The position numbers and the translations under genes were made by a program. Under the pieces are notes generated by a model. It was given only the letters and a program-made list of their open reading frames with translations. It searched no databases and had not been told where the DNA came from. A stretch of DNA of 58,380 nucleotides from the NCBI GenBank assembly GCA_001780285.1, contig MFGN01000003.1, positions 1 to 58,380 on the forward strand, written 5' to 3'. Shown piece after piece: positions 37,950 through 48,184 of the stretch; position 1 is the stretch's first letter, and every line of letters begins with the position of its first letter. The stretch comes from Candidatus Falkowbacteria bacterium RIFOXYD12_FULL_34_57 (GTDB taxonomy: Bacteria; Patescibacteriota; Patescibacteriia; Patescibacteriales; UBA12075).

Positions 37950-39671
37950 ATGAATTTCAAATTATTTAAGACTACATTTCTTTTTATAGTATTAATAGAA
38001 TTATTGTCTATTTTTGCGTATTTAATTCCGGAATTTAATCAAATAAGTTTTAGTATTATTGTTTTTGTGGTTTTGATACTTTCTTTGTATAATCTGCGCT
38101 GGGGACTTTCAATTGTTTTAGCCGAACTTTTTATCAGCTCTAAGGGTTATTTATTTTATTTAGGGTTGGGGGGGCTTAATATTTCTATTAGGGTCGCCTT
38201 GTGGTTGGTGTTGATGTCGGTTTGGTTTTCAAAATATATATTAACACTCTGTCGTTGCAAGGAACGAAACAACAACGGAATGATATGGCAATCTCGTATT
38301 CATCACTATATTAAGGGATTGCTTCGTCACCCGGCTCCTCACAATGACATTAAATCATATTTTATCCCTCTATTTATTTTTATCGCGTGGGGAGCTATAA
38401 ATGGATTGCTTCAGGGTAACGACTTTCATAATGTTTTCTTTGATTTTAACGGCTGGGTGTATTTTTCTTTAATATTTCCTGTTTATTCTGTTTTTAATAA
38501 AAATCAAGGGGTGTCGTGTGTTCCGAAAAATACCCAAAGTCCATTCTTAAATGATTTATCTGCTGTATTTTTAGCTTCTATTTCTTGGATATCTATCAAA
38601 ACTTTTATTCTTTTATATATTTTTTCCCACGAAATGACTTCTGTTATGCCATCCCTTTACAGGTGGGTGCGCACTACGGGGGTGGGGGAGATTACCTTGA
38701 TAGAAGGGGGATTTTATAGAATATTTTTTCAGTCCCATATTTATGTTTTAATTGGATTTTTTGCATTATTTTCTTATTTAATATTAAAAAACACAAAAAA
38801 TGTCATTCTGAGCGCCAGTGAAGAATCTCGTGTTATCAGGGCTATTCGTTTGGTTGCGAAATTCTTCACTTCATTTAGAATGACAAGGGGGGAGTTTTTC
38901 GACTATACTACCTTTAATCTCTCTGTTCTATTTTTAGCAGTAACTATTATAAATTTTTCTCGCAGTAACTGGGTGGGGCTTGTTGTTGGACTTGGGGTTT
39001 TATTCCTGTTTGTCATTCTGAATGCAGCGAAGCGAAACGAAGAATCCTATATTATGACAAGATTCTTCACTGGCGATCAGAATGACACTTTAGTAAAAAG
39101 AATTTATAGATTTATATCAATATTTTTGGCTATTACAATTATGAGTTTTGTGCTCATAATAATCATTGTAAAATTTCCCTATCCCAGTCCAACCGGATCA
39201 TATAACGCGGGAGAGTTACTTACAAAAAGAGCAAGTCAAATTTCCGGAGAAGCCGGGGTTTCATCCCGTTGGAACTTACTACCGGAATTATGGAAAGAGA
39301 TAAAAAAAGCGCCGATTTTAGGAAGTGGGTTTGGTGCTACGGTTACCTATAAATCAAATGACCCAAGAGTACTAGAAACCAGTATTAATGGAAATTATAC
39401 TACCTATGCTTTTGAATGGGGGTGGCTGGATATCTGGCTCAAATTGGGTATTGGTGGACTAATTGCATATTCATTATTAATTTCTAGAATATTGCATATA
39501 GGATTTGTAAATTTTCCAATTTCAAATTTCAAATTTCAAATCCTGGGGTTGCTGATTGGATTAATTGTGATATCTACTATTAACTTTTTTAGCCCCTATT
39601 TAAATCATCCTCTGGGAATAGGATATTTAATATTAATAGCGGCAATCGTAGAAAATAAAAACGGAGAGTGA
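37950..39671 (+). CDS. O-antigen ligase/polymerase (Wzy_C)-like protein with in-frame repeat insertions
   Basis: Multi-TM; FSRSNWVG, SSRW, PILGSGFG, LDIWLKLGIGG. Confidence 0.8.
   Translation: MNFKLFKTTFLFIVLIELLSIFAYLIPEFNQISFSIIVFVVLILSLYNLRWGLSIVLAELFISSKGYLFYLGLGGLNISIRVALWLVLMSVWFSKYILTLCRCKERNNNGMIWQSRIHHYIKGLLRHPAPHNDIKSYFIPLFIFIAWGAINGLLQGNDFHNVFFDFNGWVYFSLIFPVYSVFNKNQGVSCVPKNTQSPFLNDLSAVFLASISWISIKTFILLYIFSHEMTSVMPSLYRWVRTTGVGEITLIEGGFYRIFFQSHIYVLIGFFALFSYLILKNTKNVILSASEESRVIRAIRLVAKFFTSFRMTRGEFFDYTTFNLSVLFLAVTIINFSRSNWVGLVVGLGVLFLFVILNAAKRNEESYIMTRFFTGDQNDTLVKRIYRFISIFLAITIMSFVLIIIIVKFPYPSPTGSYNAGELLTKRASQISGEAGVSSRWNLLPELWKEIKKAPILGSGFGATVTYKSNDPRVLETSINGNYTTYAFEWGWLDIWLKLGIGGLIAYSLLISRILHIGFVNFPISNFKFQILGLLIGLIVISTINFFSPYLNHPLGIGYLILIAAIVENKNGE
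38250..38349. repeat. palindromic element 1 inside the ligase CDS
   Basis: TGTCGTTGCAAGGA...GCAATCTC...GGGATTGC...TCCTCACAATGACA nested inverted repeats. Confidence 0.75.
38801..38885. repeat. palindromic element 2 inside the ligase CDS
   Basis: TGTCATTCT/AGAATGACA ends; AGTGAAGAATCTCG/CGAAATTCTTCACT inner stem. Confidence 0.85.
39011..39087. repeat. palindromic element 3 inside the ligase CDS
   Basis: Perfect 11-bp ends TGTCATTCTGA/TCAGAATGACA; GAAGAATC/GATTCTTC inner stem. Confidence 0.85.
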
Positions 39672-39819
39672 AAAACTAAAAATAACAACCAATTTAAACT
39701 TGTTTATTTTCAATTTATTTTCTGCTCTTGCAAAATTTTTTATTTTGTTTTATATTAAATATTATCACTAACATCATTCTCGGTTTTATTCGAGATTTAT
39801 AACTAGTATTAAAAAAAAT

Positions 39820-40278
39820 ATGACTGATCAAATTATATCTCAAGAGGGTTACGAAAAATTAAAAAATGAATTAGAATATCTAAAAACCACAAAAAGACGA
39901 GAAATTGCTGACCGTATTCAAGCTGCTAAAGAAATGGGGGATCTTTCAGAAAATGCTGAGTATAGCGAGGCCAAAGACGCGCAAGCCTTTAATGATGGTA
40001 AGATTGCTGAACTTAGTCAACAATTAAAAAATTTAATTGTGGTAGGGGGTGATGGAAAAAAGAATGAAGTAGGTATGGGCTCTAAAATAACCGTAGAAAC
40101 GGGAGGAAAAATAAAGGAATATACTATAGTTAGTTTTAATGAGGTAGACCCTTTGTTGGGAAAAATTTCCAATGAATCTCCTATTGGGCAAGCATTTTTA
40201 GGTAAAAAAAAGGATGCTACTGTAATAGTTTCCACGCCAAGGGGGGAAATTGAATACAGGATAGTGGACATACAATAA
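39820..40278 (+). CDS. greA: transcription elongation factor GreA
   Basis: GDLSENAEY, ISNESPIGQA. Confidence 0.95.
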   Translation: MTDQIISQEGYEKLKNELEYLKTTKRREIADRIQAAKEMGDLSENAEYSEAKDAQAFNDGKIAELSQQLKNLIVVGGDGKKNEVGMGSKITVETGGKIKEYTIVSFNEVDPLLGKISNESPIGQAFLGKKKDATVIVSTPRGEIEYRIVDIQ

Positions 40279-40501
40279 TATTTAACTTTTAAATAACAAA
40301 AAATCTTATTAATCAAAAAAGGATTAAAATAGACAAAAACTTAAATAAAGAATCATTCAAATAGGATGATTTTTTATTTTGACTTTTTTTGTAAAATATC
40401 TTAAAATATATAGATAAGGTGCTTAAAGTTGAGCATCTAATTTTATATTTTTAATCAAAGTTAATTGTTTATTATATTCAACTTAACTTATAAATAAATT
40501 T

Positions 40502-41977
40502 ATGCCAGAACAAAAAATTAATGAACGCGATGATCGTTTGCGAAAGTTAGGAGAATTAAAAAATATTATAGGAATCAATCCATATCCAGCCAAATCAAAT
40601 AAAACCCACACCATAAAAAATGTGCTGGATAATTTTGAAAAATTACAGCAAAACAAAGAGATTGTGGCTATTGCCGGAAGAATTATGAGCAAAAGAGGGC
40701 ACGGCAATCTGACATTTATCAACCTAAAAGAATCCAGCGGACAGATACAGATTGCTTTTTCCAAAAAAGAAATCGGCTCTGACAATTATAAAATATTGGA
40801 TAAATTTATAGATATCGGGGATTTTGTGGATGTTAGCGGCACATGTTTTGTAACCCATAGAGGGGAGAACAGTATCATGGCATCAGATTTTAGATTGTTG
40901 ACCAAAGCTCTTCTACCTCTACCTGAAAAATGGCACGGATTGAAAGAAGATGAAGAAAGATACAGAAAAAGATACTTGGATCTTTTAATGAATGATGAAT
41001 TGCGTAATGTGTTTGTAAAAAAATCTAAATTTTGGAATGTGACCAGAGAATTTATGAAAAGCAAAGGTTTTTTTGAAGTAGAAACACCAACTTTGGAGAC
41101 TACCACGGGAGGAGCTGAGGCTACTCCTTTCAGAACTCATCACAATGATTTTGACATGGATATCTTTTTACGTATTTCAGTAGGAGAATTGTGGCAAAAA
41201 AGATTAATGGCTGCCGGTTTTGATAAAACATTTGAGATAGGCAGGATCTACAGAAATGAAGGCAGCAGCCCCAATCACCTGCAGGAATTTACTAATATGG
41301 AATTTTATTGGGCTTATGCTGATTATCAAGACGGCATGAAGCTGGCAAGGGAACTTTATATTACTATTGCCAAGGAAGTATTCGGAACAACAAAATTCAA
41401 AACCAAAGAACATGAATATGACCTGGATCGTGAATGGCCGGAAGTAGATTATCGCGAGGAAATATTGAAACAGACAGGGATAGATATTCTAAAGACCGGT
41501 GAAGAGGAAATAAAAAACAAATTACAAGAATTAAAAGTAAAGTATGAAGGAGATAATAGAGAAAGATTGACTGATACTCTTTGGAAATATTGCCGTAAAA
41601 ATATTTCCGGACCGGCGTTTTTGGTAAATCATCCTAAATTGATCTCGCCTCTGGCAAAAGAAAAAGAGAGTAATAAGGGTTTGACAGAAAGATTCCAGAT
41701 ATTGATCGCCGGAGCGGAGATCGGCAACGGTTATTCTGAACTTAATGATCCGACCGAACAAAGAGCGCGCTTTAAAGAACAGCAAAGGCTTTTGGAATCC
41801 GGTGATGAAGAGGCTATGATGCCGGATTGGGAATTTGTAGAAATGCTTGAACATGGCATGCCCCCGACTTGCGGTTTTGGATTTGGCGAGAGATTATTTG
41901 CTTTTATGATAGATAGCACGGTAAGAGAAGCTTCACTCTTTCCTTTAATGAAGCCTAAAATTAGTATAAATTATTAA
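40502..41977 (+). CDS. lysS: lysine--tRNA ligase (class II)
   Basis: GINPYP, RYRKRYLDL, GGAEATPF, YRNEG, YSELNDP, GMPPTCGFGFG. Confidence 0.96.
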   Translation: MPEQKINERDDRLRKLGELKNIIGINPYPAKSNKTHTIKNVLDNFEKLQQNKEIVAIAGRIMSKRGHGNLTFINLKESSGQIQIAFSKKEIGSDNYKILDKFIDIGDFVDVSGTCFVTHRGENSIMASDFRLLTKALLPLPEKWHGLKEDEERYRKRYLDLLMNDELRNVFVKKSKFWNVTREFMKSKGFFEVETPTLETTTGGAEATPFRTHHNDFDMDIFLRISVGELWQKRLMAAGFDKTFEIGRIYRNEGSSPNHLQEFTNMEFYWAYADYQDGMKLARELYITIAKEVFGTTKFKTKEHEYDLDREWPEVDYREEILKQTGIDILKTGEEEIKNKLQELKVKYEGDNRERLTDTLWKYCRKNISGPAFLVNHPKLISPLAKEKESNKGLTERFQILIAGAEIGNGYSELNDPTEQRARFKEQQRLLESGDEEAMMPDWEFVEMLEHGMPPTCGFGFGERLFAFMIDSTVREASLFPLMKPKISINY

Positions 41978-41994
41978 GTATTTAGTATTAAGCT

Positions 41995-42324
41995 ATGGAT
42001 AAAAATTTGCAAAAATTTATCGATGAACAAGAGAAAAAACTTGTAGATTGTTTACATTCTGATGATACTGAAAAAGAAATATTATTGTCCTGGATGGCTA
42101 AATTAACAGAGGAAGTAGGTGAGTTGAGCGATGAGATACTTTTGTATAGCGGCTATCAAAGAAAAGAAAAAAGAGATGCTAAAAAGCAAGATGCCCTGGG
42201 CGGCGAATTAGCAGATGTGATTATCGTAACCCTCCTATTGGCCAAAAGAACCAATATTGATATTCAAAAGGCTTTAGCTGATAAAATCAAAAAAATAAAC
42301 AAAAGAAAATATGTACGTAAATAA
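41995..42324 (+). CDS. MazG-like nucleotide pyrophosphohydrolase
   Basis: KLTEEVGEL...ELADV. Confidence 0.85.
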   Translation: MDKNLQKFIDEQEKKLVDCLHSDDTEKEILLSWMAKLTEEVGELSDEILLYSGYQRKEKRDAKKQDALGGELADVIIVTLLLAKRTNIDIQKALADKIKKINKRKYVRK

Positions 42325-42399
42325 TTATTTGTCATACTTTGAATATAGCAAACTCAGTTCCCCTTGGGGGTAATGTTTTTATTTGTTTTATTTCCTATT

Positions 42400-42526
42400 T
42401 GTCACTCCGGAAGCCCTAGGCTGTCCGGAATACAGGAGGGAACCGTAAAAACGGAATTTGATTATTAACTTAATATAACCTAATTTACCGTTAAATCCTG
42501 GATCCCGGATCAAGTCCGGGATGACA
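42400..42526. repeat. intergenic TGTCA...TGACA palindromic element
   Basis: TGTCACTCCGGA..TCCGGAATACAGGA ... TCCTGGATCCCGGA..TCCGGGATGACA. Confidence 0.8.
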
Positions 42527-42603
42527 AAAAAATTTAAATAAATTTTTTGTTATTAATTAAAAGCTTTAAATTTTGCATTTTGCACTTTGAGCTTTATAAA
42601 TAT

Positions 42604-43923
42604 ATGCTAGATATTAAATATATCCGCGAAAATGCGGAACAAATAAAGGAAGCTGCCAAAAATAAAAATATTACGATTGATATAGATAAGCTTTTAAAGA
42701 CGGATGATGAAAGAAGGGCTTTACAAACTAAAATTGATGAATTGCGCGCCGAGCGCAATGAATTAGCTAAAACCAATAAAAAGGGCAAGCCAACTGAAGA
42801 ACAAGTAAACAAGGGGAGGGACATAAAAGAAAATATTGCTCAAAAAGAAGAGGAATTGGAAAAAATAAACGATGAATATACAGGGCTCATGGTAAAAGTT
42901 CCGACTATCCCTTCTCCTGATACGCCCATTGGAAAAAGTGAACATGAAAATATTGAGCATTTTAAATGGGGAGAACCGACAAAATTTGATTTTGAACCTA
43001 AAGATCATATTCAAATTGCTAAAAATCTGGATCTTTTTGATACTGAAAGAGGCGCGAAGGTAGCTGGTTACAGGGGGTATTATGTAAAAAATGAAGGAGT
43101 CAGCCTGCAAATGGCGCTGATGATGTTCGCCTTGGAAAAACTTATTTCCAGAGGATTTATGCCTATGATACCGCCGACATTGGTCCGTGAATTTGCTCTT
43201 TTTGGCTCAGGATATTTTGCCGGTAAAAATTTCAACGAAAATATCGATGAAATATATAAAATAGAAAATTTCGGCGTAGATGCGGAGGGAAAACAAAATA
43301 AAGAAAATAAATTTTTAATAGGAACAGCCGAACCTTCTTTGCTTGCTTATTATGCCAATGAAGTATTAGATGAAGGACAATTGCCGGTAAAAATGTGCGG
43401 TTTTTCCCAGTGTTACCGCAGTGAAATCGGCAGCTATGGTAAAGACACAAAGGGTCTTTATCGCGTACACGAATTCATGAAAGTTGAACAGGTTTGTATT
43501 TCTAAAGCTGACATAGAGGAATCCGACAAGCTTCACAATGAAATGGTGGAAATATCTAAAGAGTTGCATAAAGATCTGGGGCTGCCTTTTAGGGTGCTGC
43601 AGATATGCACAGGAGATATGAGCGCCGGAAAATACAAAATGTTTGATTTGGAGGCCTGGATGCCATCAAGAAACGGTTATGGCGAAACCGGATCGGCGTC
43701 TAATTTTCTTGATTGGCAGGCTCGCAGATTGAATGTGCGCTACAATTCCAAAAACGGAGATAAAAAATATGTTTATATGCTGAACAACACCGCATTGCCC
43801 AGCGTCAGGCCGATGATCGCCATACTTGAAAATTTCCAGCAGGCAGACGGCAGCGTAGTGATTCCCGAAGTATTGAGAAAATATATGCCTGGTAATTTAG
43901 GAGTGATCAAAGCCAAAAAATAA
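42604..43923 (+). CDS. serS: serine--tRNA ligase
   Basis: MLDIKYIREN, GTAE, CYRSE, GLYRVHEFMKVE, LNNT. Confidence 0.96.
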   Translation: MLDIKYIRENAEQIKEAAKNKNITIDIDKLLKTDDERRALQTKIDELRAERNELAKTNKKGKPTEEQVNKGRDIKENIAQKEEELEKINDEYTGLMVKVPTIPSPDTPIGKSEHENIEHFKWGEPTKFDFEPKDHIQIAKNLDLFDTERGAKVAGYRGYYVKNEGVSLQMALMMFALEKLISRGFMPMIPPTLVREFALFGSGYFAGKNFNENIDEIYKIENFGVDAEGKQNKENKFLIGTAEPSLLAYYANEVLDEGQLPVKMCGFSQCYRSEIGSYGKDTKGLYRVHEFMKVEQVCISKADIEESDKLHNEMVEISKELHKDLGLPFRVLQICTGDMSAGKYKMFDLEAWMPSRNGYGETGSASNFLDWQARRLNVRYNSKNGDKKYVYMLNNTALPSVRPMIAILENFQQADGSVVIPEVLRKYMPGNLGVIKAKK

Positions 43924-43996
43924 ACTATTTTTGTATACTTAAAGTGACACAAAATTGATTCAAAATTCATAATTCATAATTCAGGGTTTACTCTAT

Positions 43997-44935
43997 ATGT
44001 CAAAAATCAAATTAGCGCTTTTATACGGCGGTATTTCCGATGAACGGGAAATTTCTATCAATACCGGAAAACAAATTGAAAAATCTTTGAATAAATCCAA
44101 ATATACGATTTTTAAATATGATCCGAAAAAAGACCTAAAGAAATTTTTTAATGATTGTATAAATAAAAAATTTGATCTGGTTTTTCCGGCTCTTCATGGA
44201 CCATTCGGCGAGGATGGCCGCTTGCAAGGAATGCTTGATATGCTTAAAGTGCCTTATGTATTTTCCGGATGTTTAGCAAGTGCTCTTGCTATGAACAAAC
44301 ATAAAACTAAAATAATAGCACATGAAGCCGGACTTGATGTAGCATCTAATATTGTAATAAGTAAAAATGCTGAATATAACATTGAAGGGATAATAGATAT
44401 TTTAGACTTACCTATTGTTGTTAAACCCACGGAATTGGGTTCTTCGGTTGGAATTTCAATAATTAGTGACAAAAAAAATTTAGAACAAGGGATTAAATTA
44501 GCTTTTCAACATTGTAATGAAATAATGTTAGAAAAATATATAGAAGGACGGGAATTAACAGTAACTATTATGGGTAATGGGAAAAAAATTCGTATTTTAC
44601 CGATAACAGAAATTATTCCTGTTGTTGCTGATTTTTATGATTATAATGCTAAATATCAAGATGGTGGATCCAGACATATCTGCCCCGCCGAAATACCGGA
44701 AAAAGTAAAATTAGAGCTGGAGAAGATGGCTTTAAAAATCTATAAACAAGTTGGATGCCGCGATCTGGCCCGCGCTGATTTTATTTGGAGCAAAAAAGAT
44801 AAAAAACCTTACTTTATAGAAATAAACACAATTCCCGGAATGACCAAAACCAGCCTAGCGCCGGAATCAGCAAAAGTGGCAGGAATTTCTTTCTCTGAGT
44901 TCTTGAATCGGTTAATTAAATACAATATTAAATAA
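43997..44935 (+). CDS. ddl: D-alanine--D-alanine ligase
   Basis: GGISDEREIS, LHGPFGEDG, GSSVG, FYDYNAKY, EINTIPG. Confidence 0.95.
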   Translation: MSKIKLALLYGGISDEREISINTGKQIEKSLNKSKYTIFKYDPKKDLKKFFNDCINKKFDLVFPALHGPFGEDGRLQGMLDMLKVPYVFSGCLASALAMNKHKTKIIAHEAGLDVASNIVISKNAEYNIEGIIDILDLPIVVKPTELGSSVGISIISDKKNLEQGIKLAFQHCNEIMLEKYIEGRELTVTIMGNGKKIRILPITEIIPVVADFYDYNAKYQDGGSRHICPAEIPEKVKLELEKMALKIYKQVGCRDLARADFIWSKKDKKPYFIEINTIPGMTKTSLAPESAKVAGISFSEFLNRLIKYNIK

Positions 44936-44951
44936 ATACTATACCACCCTG

Positions 44952-45024
44952 TGTCACTCTTAACTTTATTCATAATCCACTAGACTAATTGACGACATGA
45001 ATCCTGAATCAAATTTAAGATGAC
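44952..45024. repeat. degenerate intergenic GTCA...TGAC element
   Basis: GTCACTCTTAACTTTATTCATAATCCA versus reverse complement GTCATCTTAAATTTGATTCAGGATTCA. Confidence 0.55.
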
Positions 45025-45048
45025 CTAAGAGATAAATTTTTACACAAA

Positions 45049-46206
45049 ATGACTTTTGAACGAATAAAAAATTTACAATTATCAATAATAAAACAAATAG
45101 AAATTCGGGCCAGTAAACACCCGAATGCTATTTCCTTGGCTCAAGGAATCCCCAGCTTTGATACGCCCGAATGCATTAAGAGGCGCGTGGAACAAGCGAT
45201 GCGCAGGGGCATAGTTTCGAAATACTCCCTTTCACCCGGGCTTCCGGAACTTAGGGAGTTGATAGAAGAATCATTGTCTGAAGAGGGGATGTATTATGAT
45301 TGGGAAAAAGAGATAATTGTAACCGTAGGGGCTATAGAAGCAATCACGGCTACTCTTCTGGCCATTACTAATCCCGGAGACGAAGTCGTAATTCCAGAGC
45401 CGACATATACAAGTTACAGGGAAGTTTTAACTTTGGCCGGCTGTAAAACCGTGTTTGTGCCACTGGATGAAGAGCGAGAATGGGCTTTTAATCTGGAAAA
45501 ATACAGAAAAGCAATTACACCAAAAACCAAAGCTATCTTTTATTGCAACCCGAATAATCCCACAGGAACCATTTATTCCCGTGATCAGCTTTTGGGACTT
45601 GCCAAGCTCGCAAAAGAATATGATTTATTCTTAATATCCGATGAAGTTTATAAAGATTTTATATACGACTCAAGGGAAAGATTTTCTTTGGCGCAGATTC
45701 CGGAGCTTAGAGAAAAAGTAATTAGAATCAATTCTTTTTCCAAATCTTTTGCCATGACCGGCTGGCGGGTTGGCTATGTACATAGTGATGAAAAAAATAT
45801 CCAAAACATATTAAAAGTGCATGATTGCCTTGCCACATGCGCTCCGGTTGTTTCGCAATTTGCGGCCATGGGGGCGCTGGAAATGGGAAAACAGGATACA
45901 TTAAAATTTAAAGAAGCTTATATCAACAGGAGGGATTTGATTTGTAAGCGTTTAGACAAGCTGAATAATATTTTTGAATACATCAGGCCGCATAGTTCTT
46001 ATTATGTGTTCCCTAGATTATTAAAAGAAAAAGATTCATGGAAATTCGCTCTGGATTTATTGGATAATATACAGGTAGCCGTTGTTCCGGGAATAGCTTT
46101 TGGACCGAATGGAGAATCACATATTAGAATCAGTTTCGGACGCACGGAAGAAGATATTAATGAAGCATTTGATCGGATGGATAAATACTTTATTCAAAAG
46201 TCATAA
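45049..46206 (+). CDS. PLP-dependent aminotransferase class I/II
   Basis: SLAQGIP, CNPNNPTG, SDEVY, SFSKSFAMTGWRVG. Confidence 0.94.
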   Translation: MTFERIKNLQLSIIKQIEIRASKHPNAISLAQGIPSFDTPECIKRRVEQAMRRGIVSKYSLSPGLPELRELIEESLSEEGMYYDWEKEIIVTVGAIEAITATLLAITNPGDEVVIPEPTYTSYREVLTLAGCKTVFVPLDEEREWAFNLEKYRKAITPKTKAIFYCNPNNPTGTIYSRDQLLGLAKLAKEYDLFLISDEVYKDFIYDSRERFSLAQIPELREKVIRINSFSKSFAMTGWRVGYVHSDEKNIQNILKVHDCLATCAPVVSQFAAMGALEMGKQDTLKFKEAYINRRDLICKRLDKLNNIFEYIRPHSSYYVFPRLLKEKDSWKFALDLLDNIQVAVVPGIAFGPNGESHIRISFGRTEEDINEAFDRMDKYFIQKS

Positions 46207-46449
46207 AGTTAAAAGTCGAAAATCAAAAAATAAAAAAGAGCGAATTTTTTGCCCCTTGAATTTGATATTATTTTTTTCAGTATCTGCTAAATAATTTTTA
46301 TGCATTTTAATTGCACCCCAGCTTATGAGTATTATAAGTATTAATAGATAAAATATAAAACCAAATATTTAGTTCTCCCTAAAATTAATGTTAAATTTAA
46401 AATAACAATTTTGTAATTACAGATTAATATATATTTCAAGTATTATCAA

Positions 46450-47193
46450 ATGAAACCTATATTTAAACAAATTCTAAAATATTATCTAAAATACCTAACT
46501 AAACTGGCGCTTTTTTTTCACCGCCCCATGATTATTATTGTGTCTGGAAATAGTAATAAATATTTTATAAAAGAAGAAATTAAAAAAATATTACTTAAAA
46601 AAGGATTTGATGTTCGCGCTAATCCGAAAAATTTTAATACCGAAATTGGCTTGCCTCTTTCCATTCTTTATTTAAAAAGCGGTTATGGCTGTTATACAAA
46701 TTGGCTTCCTATAATATTAAGTGCACCCAGGGCTGTGTTTTCTGAATTTCCGAAAATTTTAGTGTTAGAGCTGGGAACCTCTGCTCCTGGAGATATGAAA
46801 TATTTATTATCAATCGTAAAGCCGGACATCTCTATTATCTACAGCATTACCCAGCGTTATCTGGACGGCTTTCCCAGTTTGGAAAAACTGATAGGGGAGT
46901 ATGAATATTTGGCAAAAAGGACTAAAAATTTACTAATATTAAACAATGATGCTGAATTAGTAAAAAACCTCCAAATAGGGGCAAATTGCAAAAAAATATT
47001 TTTTGGATTAGAGAAGGGGGGGGATTGGCAAGTTAAAAATATTAAAAAAAATAACAAGGGACAAGGTTTTGAGGTATATTTAAATAATAAAAAATACAAA
47101 GATATTCAAATAAATAAATTCGGGGAACATCATGTGTGCGCATCACTTATCGGATTAATAATTGATAAACAATTCTTGAATTATGCTGAATAA
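46450..47193 (+). CDS. truncated MurF-like Mur ligase middle-domain protein
   Basis: NFNTEIGLPLSIL, LVLELG...PGDM.YL, LNND; P-loop degenerate. Confidence 0.7.
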   Translation: MKPIFKQILKYYLKYLTKLALFFHRPMIIIVSGNSNKYFIKEEIKKILLKKGFDVRANPKNFNTEIGLPLSILYLKSGYGCYTNWLPIILSAPRAVFSEFPKILVLELGTSAPGDMKYLLSIVKPDISIIYSITQRYLDGFPSLEKLIGEYEYLAKRTKNLLILNNDAELVKNLQIGANCKKIFFGLEKGGDWQVKNIKKNNKGQGFEVYLNNKKYKDIQINKFGEHHVCASLIGLIIDKQFLNYAE

Positions 47194-48073
47194 TATGCTA
47201 CCCAATAAAATAATCAAAAACAACAGAAAATACACCAGAAAAGGGGGCATGCACTATAGCAGTAAAGATTATTCGAACCCCTTTTTTGTTAAAAAGAAAA
47301 AATTTAATTTTAATTTTATAAAATTTAATTTTTCTTTTCGGTTTAAGGTTGTGGCTGTTTTGATTTTTATTATAATTATGTCTCTTTTATGGTTTTTGTT
47401 CTATTCTCAATTCTTCGTAATTAAAAATTTTGAAATAGAAGGAACTGGCAAGATTGATGCGGAAACCATAAAAAAAATAACTGAAAGACAAACAAATAAC
47501 AAACTGTGGCTCATGTTTCCACAAAGAAATATATTTTTTTTCAACAAAAAAAAACTTAGACAAAATTTGGAAAGCGGATATTCCTTTGAGGTTCTAAAAA
47601 TTATTAAAAATTTCCCTAGTACCATTAAAATTGAATATCAGGAAAAAAAATATGCTATAATATGGATGGAAAATGAACAATATTTTTATGCGGATAGGGA
47701 GGGATTTATTATTACGGAAACCAACCCCCTGGAAATAACTGAAAAAAATTATCCACTAATTTACAACTTAACCACCAACAAAATAGCTAATAATCAAATT
47801 TCTGTTGACCCAAAATACATACAAGATGCTATATATCTTTTTGATCTATTCAAAGAAGGGGATATGATAACTGAAAAATTGATTATTGATCAAGAAGTTG
47901 ATACAATAAAAGTGAAAATTTTAGAAGCGGGAGAAATTTATTTCAATACTAATGAAAGTTTAGAAAAGCAATATGAAAAATTGCTCATATTAAAAAGTGA
48001 AAGATTAAAAGAAGATTTTAACAAAAAAACCTACATTGACCTAAGAATTGGAGATAGTATATATTATAGATAG
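47183..48073 (+). CDS. FtsQ/DivIB-like cell division protein
   Basis: TM, POTRA-like region (IEGT..KNFPSTIKI), terminal YIDLRIGDSIYYR. Confidence 0.8.
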   Translation: MLNNMLPNKIIKNNRKYTRKGGMHYSSKDYSNPFFVKKKKFNFNFIKFNFSFRFKVVAVLIFIIIMSLLWFLFYSQFFVIKNFEIEGTGKIDAETIKKITERQTNNKLWLMFPQRNIFFFNKKKLRQNLESGYSFEVLKIIKNFPSTIKIEYQEKKYAIIWMENEQYFYADREGFIITETNPLEITEKNYPLIYNLTTNKIANNQISVDPKYIQDAIYLFDLFKEGDMITEKLIIDQEVDTIKVKILEAGEIYFNTNESLEKQYEKLLILKSERLKEDFNKKTYIDLRIGDSIYYR

Positions 48074-48140
48074 TTTAGACATTGGTTAATATACTAATAT
48101 TAGCAAATAAATTATTAAAAATATTAAATTTTATCTAATA

Positions 48141-48174
48141 TTTCAGCTAAAAGCTGATTCGCCTCGAGCGGAAA
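48141..48174. repeat. double-hairpin short repeat
   Basis: TCAGC-taaaa-GCTGA then TTCGC-ctcga-GCGGA. Confidence 0.5.
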
Positions 48175-48184
48175 ATCAAAACAT

